Part shown: positions 12,507 to 25,319 of the stretch, piece by piece | Position numbering within the stretch: position 1 is the first letter of the stretch | Layout: every line of letters begins with the position of its first letter | Assembly (NCBI GenBank): GCA_011109175.1 | Contig: RDEW01000089.1 | Span: forward strand, 27,405-91,404 | Source: Dicyema japonicum | Taxonomy: Eukaryota; Animalia; Dicyemida | Length of the DNA: 64,000 nt | Direction: 5' to 3' | Notes under the pieces: model-generated | Told to the model about the DNA's origin: nothing | Seen by the model: only the letters and a program-made list of their open reading frames with translations | Databases searched by the model: none | Translations under genes and position numbers: made by a program

Positions 12507-14505
12507 CAGGGGTTCTCAACCTTTTTTTACTCGTCGACCCTTGACTTTTTTTTCGACCCCTCTAATATTCAATCGACCCCTTAAAGCTTTTTTATTTAGA
12601 ACAGACAATTCTAAGTAAAATTAGTTAATTATCTAAAATGAAATCATTGTTGATAATCAATCAAACAAAATAAGTATATACTCGATATTAAGTTGGTATT
12701 TAGCAAAAATCTATAATAAAAAAATAAATACCAATGGGATCCCTGTGACTGATGTTTTTTGACCAAAGATTCGATATCTGGATCTATTTGTGTTATTTTT
12801 AAACGATATCTCCTCTAATGGACACATCCAATCTGTTTCGTTCTTTATTTACAAATCGTTGTAGAATGCTAAATCCGCAACACAGTATGATGTCGGAAAA
12901 AGAGTAGCAATTGTGCTATTTCTGTCCACAATTTTGGATAACTTCTTTCACTTTCATATTTTGCCAAAAAATAACAGGTGATTGATAAATATTTATATCA
13001 CTTATTTTTTCGATAAATATTTGAATAATTCTTTTCCAATCTATTAACGTCACATACTTTCTCTGAAGTTCTAATGAAACTTCATTAAATTTCCAATAAT
13101 CCAAGTCAAATAAACAATTTCTTTCTTTTTCGATGCAATTAAATCTGCTAAATTTTTATTACCCTCAGAAGTAAGAAAATTTACGATTGTGTCAAATAAT
13201 ATTGAAAATCGTTCTAATGCATTTCCCTTTGATAACCATCGTACCTATAAAATAAAATTGGATACTATAACCTCAGTGTGAAGCACAATACGGACATATG
13301 ATTCTTAGCCTCATAGCAAAATCTTCTAAAAAGACATCATACTTGCTGTTTGTTTTAATTTTGTTTATGGTTTTAATAACTATATTAACGTTTCATGTAG
13401 AATTGGTGAAAGAGCTTTTGAAATCAAATGTTGTATATGTAGGACGCAATGTATATGAATCACACTTAGACATATTTTTTTCAAATATGCCGCAAATCCT
13501 TTATATTTTCAAAACATAGACATTGCACCATCTGTGGCACAAGAAACCAATTTTTCATATGGAATCTTTTTGTCATCCAAAAATAATTTGACTACGGAAA
13601 AAGTAGAAAATCCAGTCGTATCAGTTTCCAAATATTTGACGAATAATAAATCTTCTGTACGAAGAGCATGATCGTCAAAAAATCTTAAAGGGTAAGCTTC
13701 TAGTAAGATTAACCTGACATATCCCATTAGAATTGGTTGGTTGACTTTCGTCAATTTGAAGGGAAAAAATAGTATTTTTAAGCCTTTCACACAAAATATG
13801 TTCAACATTATCTGACATTTCGTCAATCCTGCGGCGAATTGAATCATTGCTAAATGGCACGGATTTTAAAATTTCGTCGGGATTTAAACCCATCAGATCT
13901 GATAGAATCACTGATATAGATGGTTTGATAAGATTTTTACCAGAAACATGGGAACTCTCATTTTTGGCAATAATCATTGCAATTTTATAAGATGCAATTA
14001 GTCCTCCTATATATAATTATAATAACAACAACAATTGTTTCTTTCATTACTATTTGTAAAAACAGTATCAATCGTTTTTTATTTATGAAAAAAATCGTTT
14101 AATTCTTCAAAATACTCTAAAGGTTTATTTTTTTATCCGAATGTTTTCTCCTAAGATGATCCAACAATTTGGACGGTTTCATTGCATCATTTGATAATGA
14201 CTTGTTACACATTAGCCAATATGGTCTATTATCAAAAGAATTTTTTATAAATCCAAATGCCAAATATTCATTTTTATATTGACGAATTTTTAATGTAGAA
14301 GGACGACTCATACACAAACAAAAACAAGCATGGTAATTTTTAATAATTTTAAAGAACAAAGTTTATCACTTTAAAAATAAACTAACTTAATTTAAATTAA
14401 AAAAATTAAATTTATTAAATTTATTTTCGACCCCAAAATATTTCATTTTTGACCCCCTTACGATCGATCTGGATTGATTTTAGACCCCAGGTTGAGAAAC
14501 CGCTG
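12507..14505 (-). mobile_element. hAT Buster/Charlie (ZBED5-like) transposon with both ends, degenerate transposase
   Basis: TIRs CAGGGGTTCTCAACC / CAGCGGTTTCTCAACC and an imperfect 8-bp TSD GGTTAATA/GGTTAAAG. Protein motifs: BED finger (YLAFGF..C..LSNDAMKPSKLLDHL..KH), FSLQIDES, CATDGA, RWLSKG. Confidence 0.92.
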
Positions 14506-15554
14506 GGTTAAAGCATGCGTTGTTGTGTTGTACGTAAAAGTTATTTTATTTAATAATTGTTTCCAATTCTTAGTAGCATTTTTCTGTCATAATTTAGATA
14601 GATTTCTCATCAAAGTTTAATTAAATCTTTTTAGAATTCCAAGCAAGAACAATGTATGACTAGACTGACGTGGTCTCACTAAAATATGTCTAATTTTGTT
14701 CTCTAAACAAAAATTCCAATTTTTTGAATTCTGTTCCATTATCCGTTTGAAGAAATCTGCAAAATCCGACTTGACAGATATATCAATTACAGTTAACATT
14801 TATTTGTAGTCTTCCTTTGAAGTACTCAAATTTTATGACATCGATAGAGTCGACTTGAAATCGTCCATTTGACCTGGAAGCAATCACATGATGTTTAAGT
14901 CAAAAATCTATGAACTTTGTTGATTTCATACTTTAAGAGAATCGAAAACCTGCATACTGAACGATCTATATAACGGTTGCAATAAAATTTTTTAATTACC
15001 ACTTATGAGTGTGAACACTCTTTTGTTAACTTGTTAATTCAGAAATGATTATTTATGCAAGCAAAAGATATTATGTGCATTTCGGATGAGGGTTAGGTTT
15101 TAGGGGATAGTGTTAGGGATTATGGTTGGGTTAGAACATTCATTATTGTTTCGTATTCAGAGTATGTTTAACCCATTAATTAAAAAAAAGGCAATAACAT
15201 CTTTAGCACATTATATATAATATATATAAAAAATAGGAAAATATTAATATTTAAATCTGTCGTACGAATTTAGGTTAAATATGATAGTTGTCAGGTTACA
15301 AATAACCAGTCCATCATATCACATATTATATCTCACAGCGAATTTTCCCGTATCAGCCTATGATATACGTCTAGCGTTAACGTTAGGAGGTTTATATGGG
15401 ATACATCCTCTTGTATTTTCAGGTTTCTAGACAATTTTCTAAACCGTTATCCAATTGTAATACCTCACCAAAGAACCGCACATCGCTTTATTTATTATTA
15501 GCACTTATCGCTATGTCATAGGACTTGACAAAGAATGTGCAACACAGTTTGCAA

Positions 15555-16930
15555 ACCATTAGTTAATTTCATCCATTTGCTCCTATTCAAAGCCAGTGCG
15601 TAACCAGTCAAGATCCTCTTCACTTAAGATCCCGTCTCATTTCTTTGAGGTTCTCGTCGAGAGCGACTGGCAGTGTCGTCTTTGGGCGACCACGGTAACG
15701 GGGTGCTTCCAACATGAAGTAATCCTCCATGGCTACGTTCGCGGGGCATCTAGGTCCAGTCGCATAATATGGACGAATAGCCTTCATCGTGTATCCAGAA
15801 TTTCATTTGAAATTTCAGAGGTCATCGTTCTTTGATAGAGAAGATTAGATGACATCCTCGTATCACTTCTTTCGAACATCACATGCCGTAGTTGGTCTCT
15901 ATGAAACGCATTAAGTTTCTTCAGTTCATTTCTTGAGCAGGCCCAGGTACCAGCGTTATACAGTAGTATGGTTTCACTAGGGAGTTGTATAATCGAGTTT
16001 TTGTTATAATTTCAAGGCCCTTTTTGTGGATCCAGGTGTTCTTCAAGGGAGCCAAGCTTTTTGCACTTGCGCCAGTGCTCCTCCGTCCTTGTTTCTTTTT
16101 TCTTGAGTTCAGTTACTTCAGTCTTGTCCGGATTTACTGTAGGTACCATTCGGCTCGTCTTCTAGACACTTCTTCCAACAAGCGGATGAGCGATATTTTG
16201 TCGTTTGAAATAAAGTCTACGTCGTCAGCATACGCAATAATGTTTGTCTTTCACCCAGTATCGGTTTTGATTCCCGCAGAGCAGCTTCAAGGTATATGAC
16301 AAAAATAATGGGTCTCTTTGTGGAGTGCCAACAGTTGTCTCAAATCGGCAAGACAAGGCTCCCCCGACTCTTACAGTGAGCCAAGTATCAGCTAGGAGGG
16401 TGGTGGCCATTCTGAATGTGGAAGCGACTAGGAAACTCCCCAGAACCAGTATTAGCCTTCGTCTGTCGACAGAGTCGAAAGACCCTCGAAATGTCGATTC
16501 CGAGGATAGTTGTAGACATTTTGAACTTTTGAACGGCCGCAGATTTCCACTTGTGGGACCACAAAACATCAGAAGTAGATCTTTCTTTTCGGTATCAGCT
16601 GTGGTATAGCGACAGAAAAGTATGTAGGCGTCTTTCCATCCTTTGTAATGTGATGTTCGCCAGAATTTTCCGAAGTGAATTCATTAATATGATTGGACGA
16701 GGTTCTCCACCTTAGCTCTTGGTTTATTCGCCTTCTGTACAGGTATCAAGATTTTCTCACCCAGGGTCAGCGTGTGACCGTAATAGTACATTTCATTCAG
16801 GATCCTAGCGATGCATTCATACAGCTTTTGGTTCCATATTTCAAGAATTCACCACCAGGTCGTCGGGGCCAGGAAATCCTGTTGTTTTTCAACTTGGAAC
16901 TCGCAAGTTCAACTAGTGTCGTTCCTTGGA
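15555..16930 (-). mobile_element. RTE-clade LINE, degenerate RT and 3' end
   Basis: FETTVGTPQ, AYADDVDF and LLYNAGTW motifs in broken frames. Confidence 0.85.
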
Positions 16931-18069
16931 TGAAAAGTTTTCCAAAATATTTATTTAACTCTTAATTTATTTATAAATTAACTTTTTTAATTTAATAAAT
17001 TTAAATGAGATTTTATTAAATAATTTTTTGAGAAAAAATTAAACATTTAAATGACTCACTAAATTATCACCAATTGGCATTATCCAAAAGTCATTTTATC
17101 TATGAGAAAGCTTTTTGTTGCTCGGCTGGTCATTAGTTCTGAAGCTATATTCCTTGTACGCTTGGACTTTATACGACGAAATATTATTCATTGCTAATGG
17201 TTAAGAATGCCTGTTGTCATATGATAAAACTTCCGGAACTTCGGAGATATATCTCATTCACCCAAAAAAGTGAAAAGATCCCATCGATAAATGAATGCAC
17301 CATATAAGTGACTTTATTAAAAGCAGTCGGAAATTCAAGGGACATCAGGAATGTAGAAATCAGAAATGAGAATTAGGCCCATTACCTGTTTTTCACATCG
17401 AATATTTTATGCAGTTGGTCCAGGGAGTTTGACGCTAAATATATCAAAAATAGAAGAGCTAATATTCGTGTCAGATGAAGAAGTTTAAAATCCTATGAAA
17501 AAAAGTTTTTATTTCATTTTATGACACGTGTCTTAAATGACATGTTTTCTCGATTATGGATAGATTGTATTGTGTGAATGATCCTGATCCAGGAGAACCT
17601 AAGAGGGATCTCATGAGTTTCAGACAGATTTAGCCTGATTTGTTCTATATTGAAATTATAAAGTTTATAATATTCAAAGGATCGTCAAAATATGTGGAGG
17701 ATGAAAATTATGACTCTACAACAATGGGTTTTTGATATTGACGTCCTGTAGAGATGTTTTTTCCAGGTTGCCTCGTCATTGTATTTGTTAAACTTCCTGA
17801 TCGAAGACGGTCTTTTTGTTATTTTCCATTTCAGTTAATCGAACTTGACGTTTAGTATTGACTCCGTCGACTATCTCAGGGCATTATTAGCTGAAGCTGT
17901 ACGCTCATTATCAAAAACAAGGTGAAGCTAAAACAAGCACTTTTTCAGTGTGCATTTGAGGACCAAATTCTCTGGATTTAACAACGTTTGCCCAAACTTT
18001 TAAGTTGTTTCCACCACTTAAAAAATAAATTTGCGCTAAAATTAAAATATAAAATTTAAGGGATTTATT

Positions 18070-18455
18070 ATACTATAAGGAATCTCCCTTTTTTATAAGG
18101 ATATTTGGTTCGACACAGAACTCTTTTTTGTAAGTGTTGAACAACTTTACAGAGGACTTTGGTTGCTGATGTGTCGAGCCTCTGTTTCGAGAGTTCTAGC
18201 TTGTCATGCATTTGTTGAGGGAACTGAGTCGATGATTGAATGCTTCTGTCTTAGTAATCGTCAGCATAGGAGTTGATTAGACAGTTCTCATTACAGGTGT
18301 GTGCCATGTCGTTTATGTAAAAGTTGAAGAGTTGGGGTGACAGCGGAGGGCCTTGAGGGACTCCATTTGGAAGGTAGCGAGATCTTGATTTGATTTTGTT
18401 GTAGAGTAATTCGCACGTCTTCCATGCGTATATCAATTATTCATCATTTAAGCTC
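18070..18455 (-). mobile_element. Ingi/I-group RT fragment (paralog at 48250-48630)
   Basis: LPNGVPQGPPLSPQLFNFYIND..SYADD. Confidence 0.8.
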
Positions 18456-18527
18456 TTGTCAACATTCATTTAGTTAGTAACTCTTGATTTGATTAATTTT
18501 TGTTTATTTTTTGATGATTATATGTTA

Positions 18528-20740
18528 TTTGGTTGAGCTGGTGACGTGGCTCTATTGCACACATGTCTTTTTCGTGCTTTTCTTCGGGATTATTAGCTCG
18601 TTCAATGTTAGAGGATTAAAGTCGGATACTAAAAGAAGAAATTTATGCGTGGATCTTGGATCGTACAAGGTAACCGTGGCGTGCTTACAGGAAACGAAAG
18701 TAAAAGGCTGACTAGATGAAATCAACCATGATTTCCGCCTGATTCTGCACCCTTCGAAATGCCCACACTACGGCATGGGATTTGCAATACAAAAAGAACT
18801 GAACAATCGAATCCACAAGACGTGGAGGGTGAGCGATAGAATATCAATCAATGGAGACGAACTAGACGACTTCTATTCCTCCCTGTCGCAACTATATGCA
18901 TCTTTGGAAACATCGTTCATGACATACATTGCCGGAGATTGGAACGCAAAGGCAGGACGTGGGAAGTAGTCACGAAGAAGTCATGGGAAGCCATGGAAGG
19001 AGGATCAGGAACCATTCAGGAGAATCGCTTATCGAATTTTGCCATATATTCAAACTATTTCTATGCAATACTGCTTTCAGGCACTCAGCAAGACATAAGA
19101 CGACATAGAGCTGCTACCGAAAGGACAAATCTGAGACTATCAAGCCTATATATAACCAAATAGATTACATTATCTGCAAACAAGCCTACAAGGCACTGCT
19201 AACAGATTCTCGGAGCTAAAGTGGGACACTAGTAGATAGTGATCACAGATTAGTTTTGGCACGTTTCCTCTTCAAACGATATTTGGGGTTTCATGCAGAA
19301 CTTCTCAAATATGCACCGACCGAGATCTCTGAACTATTAACTGAGATATACAACAAAACATTCAAATCAACTCACCACTGGATGTGGGTAATGGCACACT
19401 AATTGCACTAAAAAACCGGGCAAAGCTAAAGGTCCCTTAACGAATTTAAGACCCATCGTACTATTGACGACTCTACGCAAGACACTATCACTTATAGTGC
19501 TGAACAGGATTGGATCTGACATCGAGAACTTTCTCTCTCACGGTCAAAGCGGATTCAGGTCAGGGAGATCTACAGCTGATGTGGTCTGGGGACATCGATG
19601 GCTTTGTGCAACACATCAAAAGTACAAGGGGGCTATTGGCATCCTTGGCATGGACATGTCCAAAGCCTTTGACTCTATACACAGAGGGAGACTTTTGGAT
19701 ATCTTGGAGAAGTTGGTTGACGAGGACAGTGTCCGAATGATCCGCCTATTACTTGGAACAACGCAGCTAAGTGTACGTTTTGGAAATTTGGAGTCTGTCC
19801 CATTCGAGACAACGTTCGGGGTACCGCAGGGAGATTCCTTGTCACCGGTACTTTTTGTGACATATCTGGAGGCGGCACTCAGAGACTTCAGACTATTAAT
19901 TGGCGATCTACCTCAAACTGAAGTGATTTATGCAGATGATATCGACTATATATCCAGCGACGAGAAAACATTAAACTATATACGGACAAGGATGCCAGAT
20001 GTCCTAGAAAAATGGTTCATCAAAATCAATACGGAAAAGACGGAGACAACTACCATACGCCGTGAACTAACCCGAACTGATGAAAAATGGAGATACTGTA
20101 AAAAATTGGGGTCGTTGCTCGGAGACGCTGAGGATATCACTAACAGGAAGATGTTGGCCGTCGCGGCCTTTAGAAAAATGGGAGTAGTCTGGAATCATCG
20201 TAAACAAATTAGCACACAATTACGTGTGAGACTATACAATGCCTTCGTGAAACCAGTCCTAATGTACAACGCTGCAACCTGGGGTGTCTCAGAAGCGGTA
20301 ATGGACAAACTAGATGCCTTCCATCGTAAACAACTCCGACTGTTGCTTGGCATCAACTGGCCAAAAAAATTACAAACAAGAATCTATACAAAGTATGTAA
20401 TACAAGACCATTGAGTCTGGATATCTTGGAATCAAGATGGCGTCTGTTTGGTCACATCCTTCGAATGAGCCAGATGACGCCTGCTAAAATAGCAATCGAG
20501 AACTATTTCTACCCAGAAGTGAATACCTCGTTCCGTGGAAGACCTCGCATAACTTTGCCAGAGGTTCTACACAAGGACCTGACCAATGTAGGACGAAAGC
20601 TGAAAACAGGAGATGATCTGGATACGCTCGGAATAACTGCCTGTAACCGCGGAGCTTGGAGGAAGTTAGTCAAGAGAATTGTGGAAGAAAGAATAACCTG
20701 AAGAAAAATACGGCACAAGCGGAACCTTAATTAAATAAAT
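18528..20740 (+). mobile_element. RTE-clade LINE with both termini, internally deleted
   Basis: Starts TTTGGTTGAGCTGGTGACGT. APE motifs (FNVRGL, LQETK, AGDWNAK, IDYI, SDH), then RT ORF 19464-20414 (QSGFRSGRST, DMSKAFD, GVPQGDSLSP, YADD) and SRWRLFGHILR..RGRPR. Confidence 0.93.
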
Positions 20741-20779
20741 TACATTTTTGGTTCTTCGAAAGTGCTATTAATAATAATA

Positions 20780-20896
20780 TGTCACAGGCAATACCGATTA
20801 CTGAGCTACTTGTTACCCGAGTGGACATAGAAAAAATCAAAAAAAAATTCGAGCATTAGGTAACGCTTAGCGCTTGGTAATCGGTAGTCCGTGACA
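20780..20896. mobile_element. 117-bp TGT...ACA MITE (Ginger-like termini)
   Basis: Imperfect ~38-bp TIRs (TGTCACAGGCAATACCGATTAC / TGTCACGGACTACCGATTAC) flanked by TAATA and TGATA. No equivalent is visible at the matching position of the duplicate segment (~48970). Confidence 0.65.
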
Positions 20897-21000
20897 TGAT
20901 ATATTGAAAATAACTAACGTCATCAAAAATTTTTAAATTATTAAAACAAAAATAAAAGAAAATATCATTAATATTAATGATTCGAAAGATAATTCTAAAA

Positions 21001-23357
21001 TCATACAAAAAATACATTATAAGATTCTTCAAAACTTATGGCGCATTCTCGTAGATCCTTGATATTAGAGAGTGAAGACAGAGTCTCGATTTTCCTGAAG
21101 ACATTTTTAGGAATCATCATTGGGATAAATATTTGTGCTACTGAATCAACAAATATTACGCTTGTAGAAATCATTTGAGAAAATTCCCAAATGGCCCAAA
21201 GCCATAGTCTTTGGTCCAAATCCTCATTTAATAAGTTTACGAGTGAATCAATCGATCTTTTGTAAAATGATATCTAACCGATAATATCCGTCATAGAGTT
21301 CATCTTCCATATTATCATTTGAACAGAAAGCAATTGCATTAAGAATATTTTCAGACATGTTTTTATTTTCAGTATCAAAAATATCGCAAATCTTCATGTC
21401 ATTAGTGAAGTCACTCATTATGTTTGATAGACCATTGCAGATGGCAACATATATCTCCGGGCAATGTTCGTAATAGACATTTGCCCTATCAAAATTACAC
21501 AAAACATACAATACACAATTAATTAGTCTACTCTTCCTAACCAGAGGTCGAATTTTTACGAATTTAGTTAGATTTTCAAAAACATTAACAACTGGATATA
21601 TAAAGTTATCATCTGAAAAACCAACATTTTCTTGAAATTGATCAAAGTAGTCGCTAATAATATCAATCCCTCCCAAATCAACAAACAAAGTTGCATTTTT
21701 TTCGTTTGCATCTAAAAAATAGAATAAAAAATCACCTACAAGATACCACAAAATTCTCCATGAGATATTAAAATAAGGAAGATATTCTAGTTCCTTGTAC
21801 TTTTCAAAATAATTCACAATTGACTAAATCTAAATTAACCAATTACCTCTATTATTCCGTAAAATCCGAAATAAGACAAAACTTCTATACTTTGACTCTT
21901 CATTGATGGGTACATGACATCATTATCCGAATATACGTCAAAGTATGAGTAAACATCTTTCATGAATGTTTGATTAATAAACGAAAAAGAAAATAACTAA
22001 AATGAACAAACAAAATACAAAATTTGATAACTCCCATGGTTTTATCCAGTCCATAACGGTGTATAATAATTTTCGGAACTGAAACCAATAAAAATGACAC
22101 TACCTCATTATGAGAACGATAAGCTTCTAAAATAGCAAGGACAGCTTCATAAATAAGGCTAAGTTAACATGAACTCAAACCATCGATAAGATTCAGATAT
22201 GGGCACTCCACTCGTGGGTTTTAAGCAACACCTATCAAATCAACGCACACGATTACATAATCTGTTGAATAAGCTTAATATTTCGTGATGTTTTCAACAA
22301 GCGGCAGATAAACTTAAATATTATAATTTCAAATACCCTCAAAAATCGTTTATAAAGCGAAGGCCGAATTTCAGAGTCGCAATCATTAATGTAAAGTAAA
22401 GTAGAAGAAAGCAGCCCGTCTTTATACTCAAAGTGAAAAATTGCATTAACCAAATTATCTACCAGTAAGTTTGATTCTATCTGCAATAATAATATAACAT
22501 TGACATTAGTTATGACAAATTGCGAAATTTTTTGAAAGCAAAATTCGTTAATCTTTTTTAAGGACAGTTCTCTAAAAATCTAACAGTAAAATACGGTTTT
22601 AATAATTCATAATCAATCGAGAATCCAGACAAATCCAAGAATTTTAAATTCTTGGCTAATTTTAACAACGGTCTACAATCACAGCTTAATTTATGCACAT
22701 TTTTACTGTTTGTGTACGAAAAATATCTTAATCTAACAAAATAGAAACTTTAGAGATCTGGGACTGGCAAGACTTTTGGAAAATTCTTCGAAATTGGATA
22801 TCAGAACATTGTCAAAATTAATACTTTCGAGTTCTTTGATCAGTTTGACTGTGCAACAATAAATTTTAGTTGGAGTACTTCTTTCAAGAAGAGAATCTGA
22901 TAAAAGTTCAAGTGACCTAATTTCGCTGAATCCACTTTTAAATAGCAAATGAAGTAAAACTGGGTCATCATATTCCAAAAGTGTGAAAGAATTGATATTA
23001 TTTGGAGAATACTGAAGATATGGCGAATTCTCAGAAGATGCTATTTTAGCTAATTTGATATTCGTTAAATTTGGTAGATTTTGGCACAAATTTGCTAAAT
23101 CTTTAATGTCGATTTGATTAGTCGACAAATCAAGGCGGAAAATGTTATAACATACTTCTGTGAGTTTACTTAGTGTTGAGAAATCATTGAACACTGATAA
23201 TATCTTCAGTGAATTGTTTTTTCAAATATTCAATTTCATAATGTATTCTTTTGCAAATCATCGTCTTCGATTTTGAGCTTAATCCACCATATTTATTCAT
23301 ATTAATGTTTTTTCGAAAGTCATTAAAGCAAAGTGCATACAAAGAAGGAATTTGCAT
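21001..23357 (-). pseudogene. ZYG11/ZER1-like CRL2 substrate receptor (BC/VHL box, LRR, ARM), copy A, frameshifted
   Basis: MQIPSLYALC (BC-box-like), LRR segments (LDLSTNQI, LPNLTNIKL, LDLSGF), ARM region WRILWYLV|DANEKNATLFVDLGGI..YYR|SIDSLVNLL..LWAIW. 21-25-nt introns. Has a 2-nt deletion near 23220 relative to copy B. Confidence 0.7.
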
Positions 23358-23457
23358 TTGTTTAAAAATTACAGATTTTATATTAAAATAATAATTTTAA
23401 AAAATATAATTAAAAAAAACTAATCGAATTATTTTACATTAAATTTATCTTCTATAC

Positions 23458-24915
23458 TAATGGTCGGCAAATGGCGTCCCGAGGAAAATAAAAATGGTCC
23501 GTGAACTAATTTTAAATTCTAATGGAAATTGGCCCGTCAACAAAATTTTCTTACTAAATTGGCCCGCGGGCTATTTAGTAAAATATTTTTTATTTTTTTA
23601 CTTATCATTAAAAATTAAATAAATTTTTAAACGTGTTAATAAATTTTGTTGCCAATTAAAATTCCGAATGTCCGAAAAGAATGAAAGATTTTCAAACTCC
23701 TACATTTAATGCAGATTTGACTCATGACAATTTCTTTATTGAGGATAATGGAAATCCTATAGGCCTGATATGCTTCAATAACAATTGCTGTCCAAAAACT
23801 TTATAACATCAACCGACATTATGAAATTCTGCATTACTAAAATTTCAAAAAGTTTACAGGAAAATCACGCTATTAATATACGGGATGATGTTATACTTTT
23901 TCATGAGAAAAATTACTATGATTCTTCTTGTTTACAAAATACTGCTAACATTTCCAAATAGACATTTTTCGTGGATATAACTTGGCATTAAATGACCTAA
24001 ATTTGAAACTGCGGGGAAGTAATTAATTTATACACCATATGTATACCAAAATCACTCTTTTTGAAAAAAATTGAAGTTGTATAATTACAGTTACAAAAAG
24101 GAAATATGACGCATTTTGTGAATTTTCTTTCTATGAATCCTACCGATGTTCCTGAATATGCAAACATAGTTGTGGAATTGAGATTAAAATTTTCATCACG
24201 TTTCATGATTTAAAAGTAAANGGCTCTCGTGAAAAGGCTTTATTATTATATTAAATGCATGCCCTAATCACTGTTTTTCAAAAAAAATTGAAGTCGTGGA
24301 ATTACAGTTACAAAGAGGAAATATGACGCATTTTGTGAATTTTCTTTATATGAATTTTACCGATATTCATGAATATGCAAACATAGTTATGGAATTGAGA
24401 TTAGAATTTTCATAACGTTTCATAGATTTATGAGTAAATATTTATATATTAATTCTTCAGATTTATAAAAATCTATTGAACATTTATTGAATCTCATTTA
24501 TTTTGAAACTAAGATAACACCAGATTGTTATCAAATGGAATTACTTGAAATTCAATGCGACACTACAATCAAAATATTTTTCTGGATTGGATATTTTAAG
24601 TTCTAAAAAAATTTTATATGTGTCAAAAATAGCCACATCTAATCGAAAATGACTTTTATATTTGGTATTACATTTTTATGTGAACAATTATTTTTTAAAA
24701 TGAATAATGTAAAAAATTGTCTAAGAACGACAATGACTGATTCTCATATTAACGATATATTACTCTTTGCAACTAACTAAATGTCAACTTAGACGTTAGT
24801 AATTTATTAAAAAATAATTTCATTTCTTTGAAAAGTTAATAATTTTTCTCGTTTGTCCCACATCTCATAAAGAATAAATTTTGGCCCGCGAAGCCAAAAA
24901 GCCTGCGGACTTCTG
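23458..24915 (+). mobile_element. hAT (SPIN/GTF2IRD2-like) internally deleted transposon, copy A
   Basis: Perfect 8-bp TSD TTCTATAC (23450-23457/24916-24923), GGCCCG subterminal repeats, and transposase remnants (KLYNINRHY, MELLEIQ, CEQLFFKM). Confidence 0.85.
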
Positions 24916-25319
24916 TTCTATACTATAAATTTGTAAGTTTGTTTCAAAACCTCAAACTGAATAATGTGCGAGTGGTTGGCTCTTCAAGATAAAAAAAAAT
25001 GATGTAATTTTCTCTATCTCTACAGTGCAGCAAAACTGTCACCAATTCAAATTATCTTTGAAATTGAAGATTTCTTCTAGTCATATTTTTTTAATTCTCC
25101 AGTTTTTTATTCGTAGAAAACAGATCGTTAGCTGGAACCCAGGAAATCAAAAATGTACGGTATCTACGGAACCAGCTCTTCTACGAAGTTCTTCGATGCT
25201 ATCCTACCATTGGCTCGACATACAGTTGGAGTACACAAACAGGGGAAGAAAGGGAGCAGAGAAGAGAAAGTTTCGACTGTATCGTAATTAAGGGGATCGA
25301 ATGGACAATTAAAACACGA

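Noticed and set aside
15085-15135. TTAGGG-like degenerate repeats
   Set aside because: Only a few imperfect units, insufficient for an interstitial telomere. Probably a TE subterminal or low-complexity sequence.
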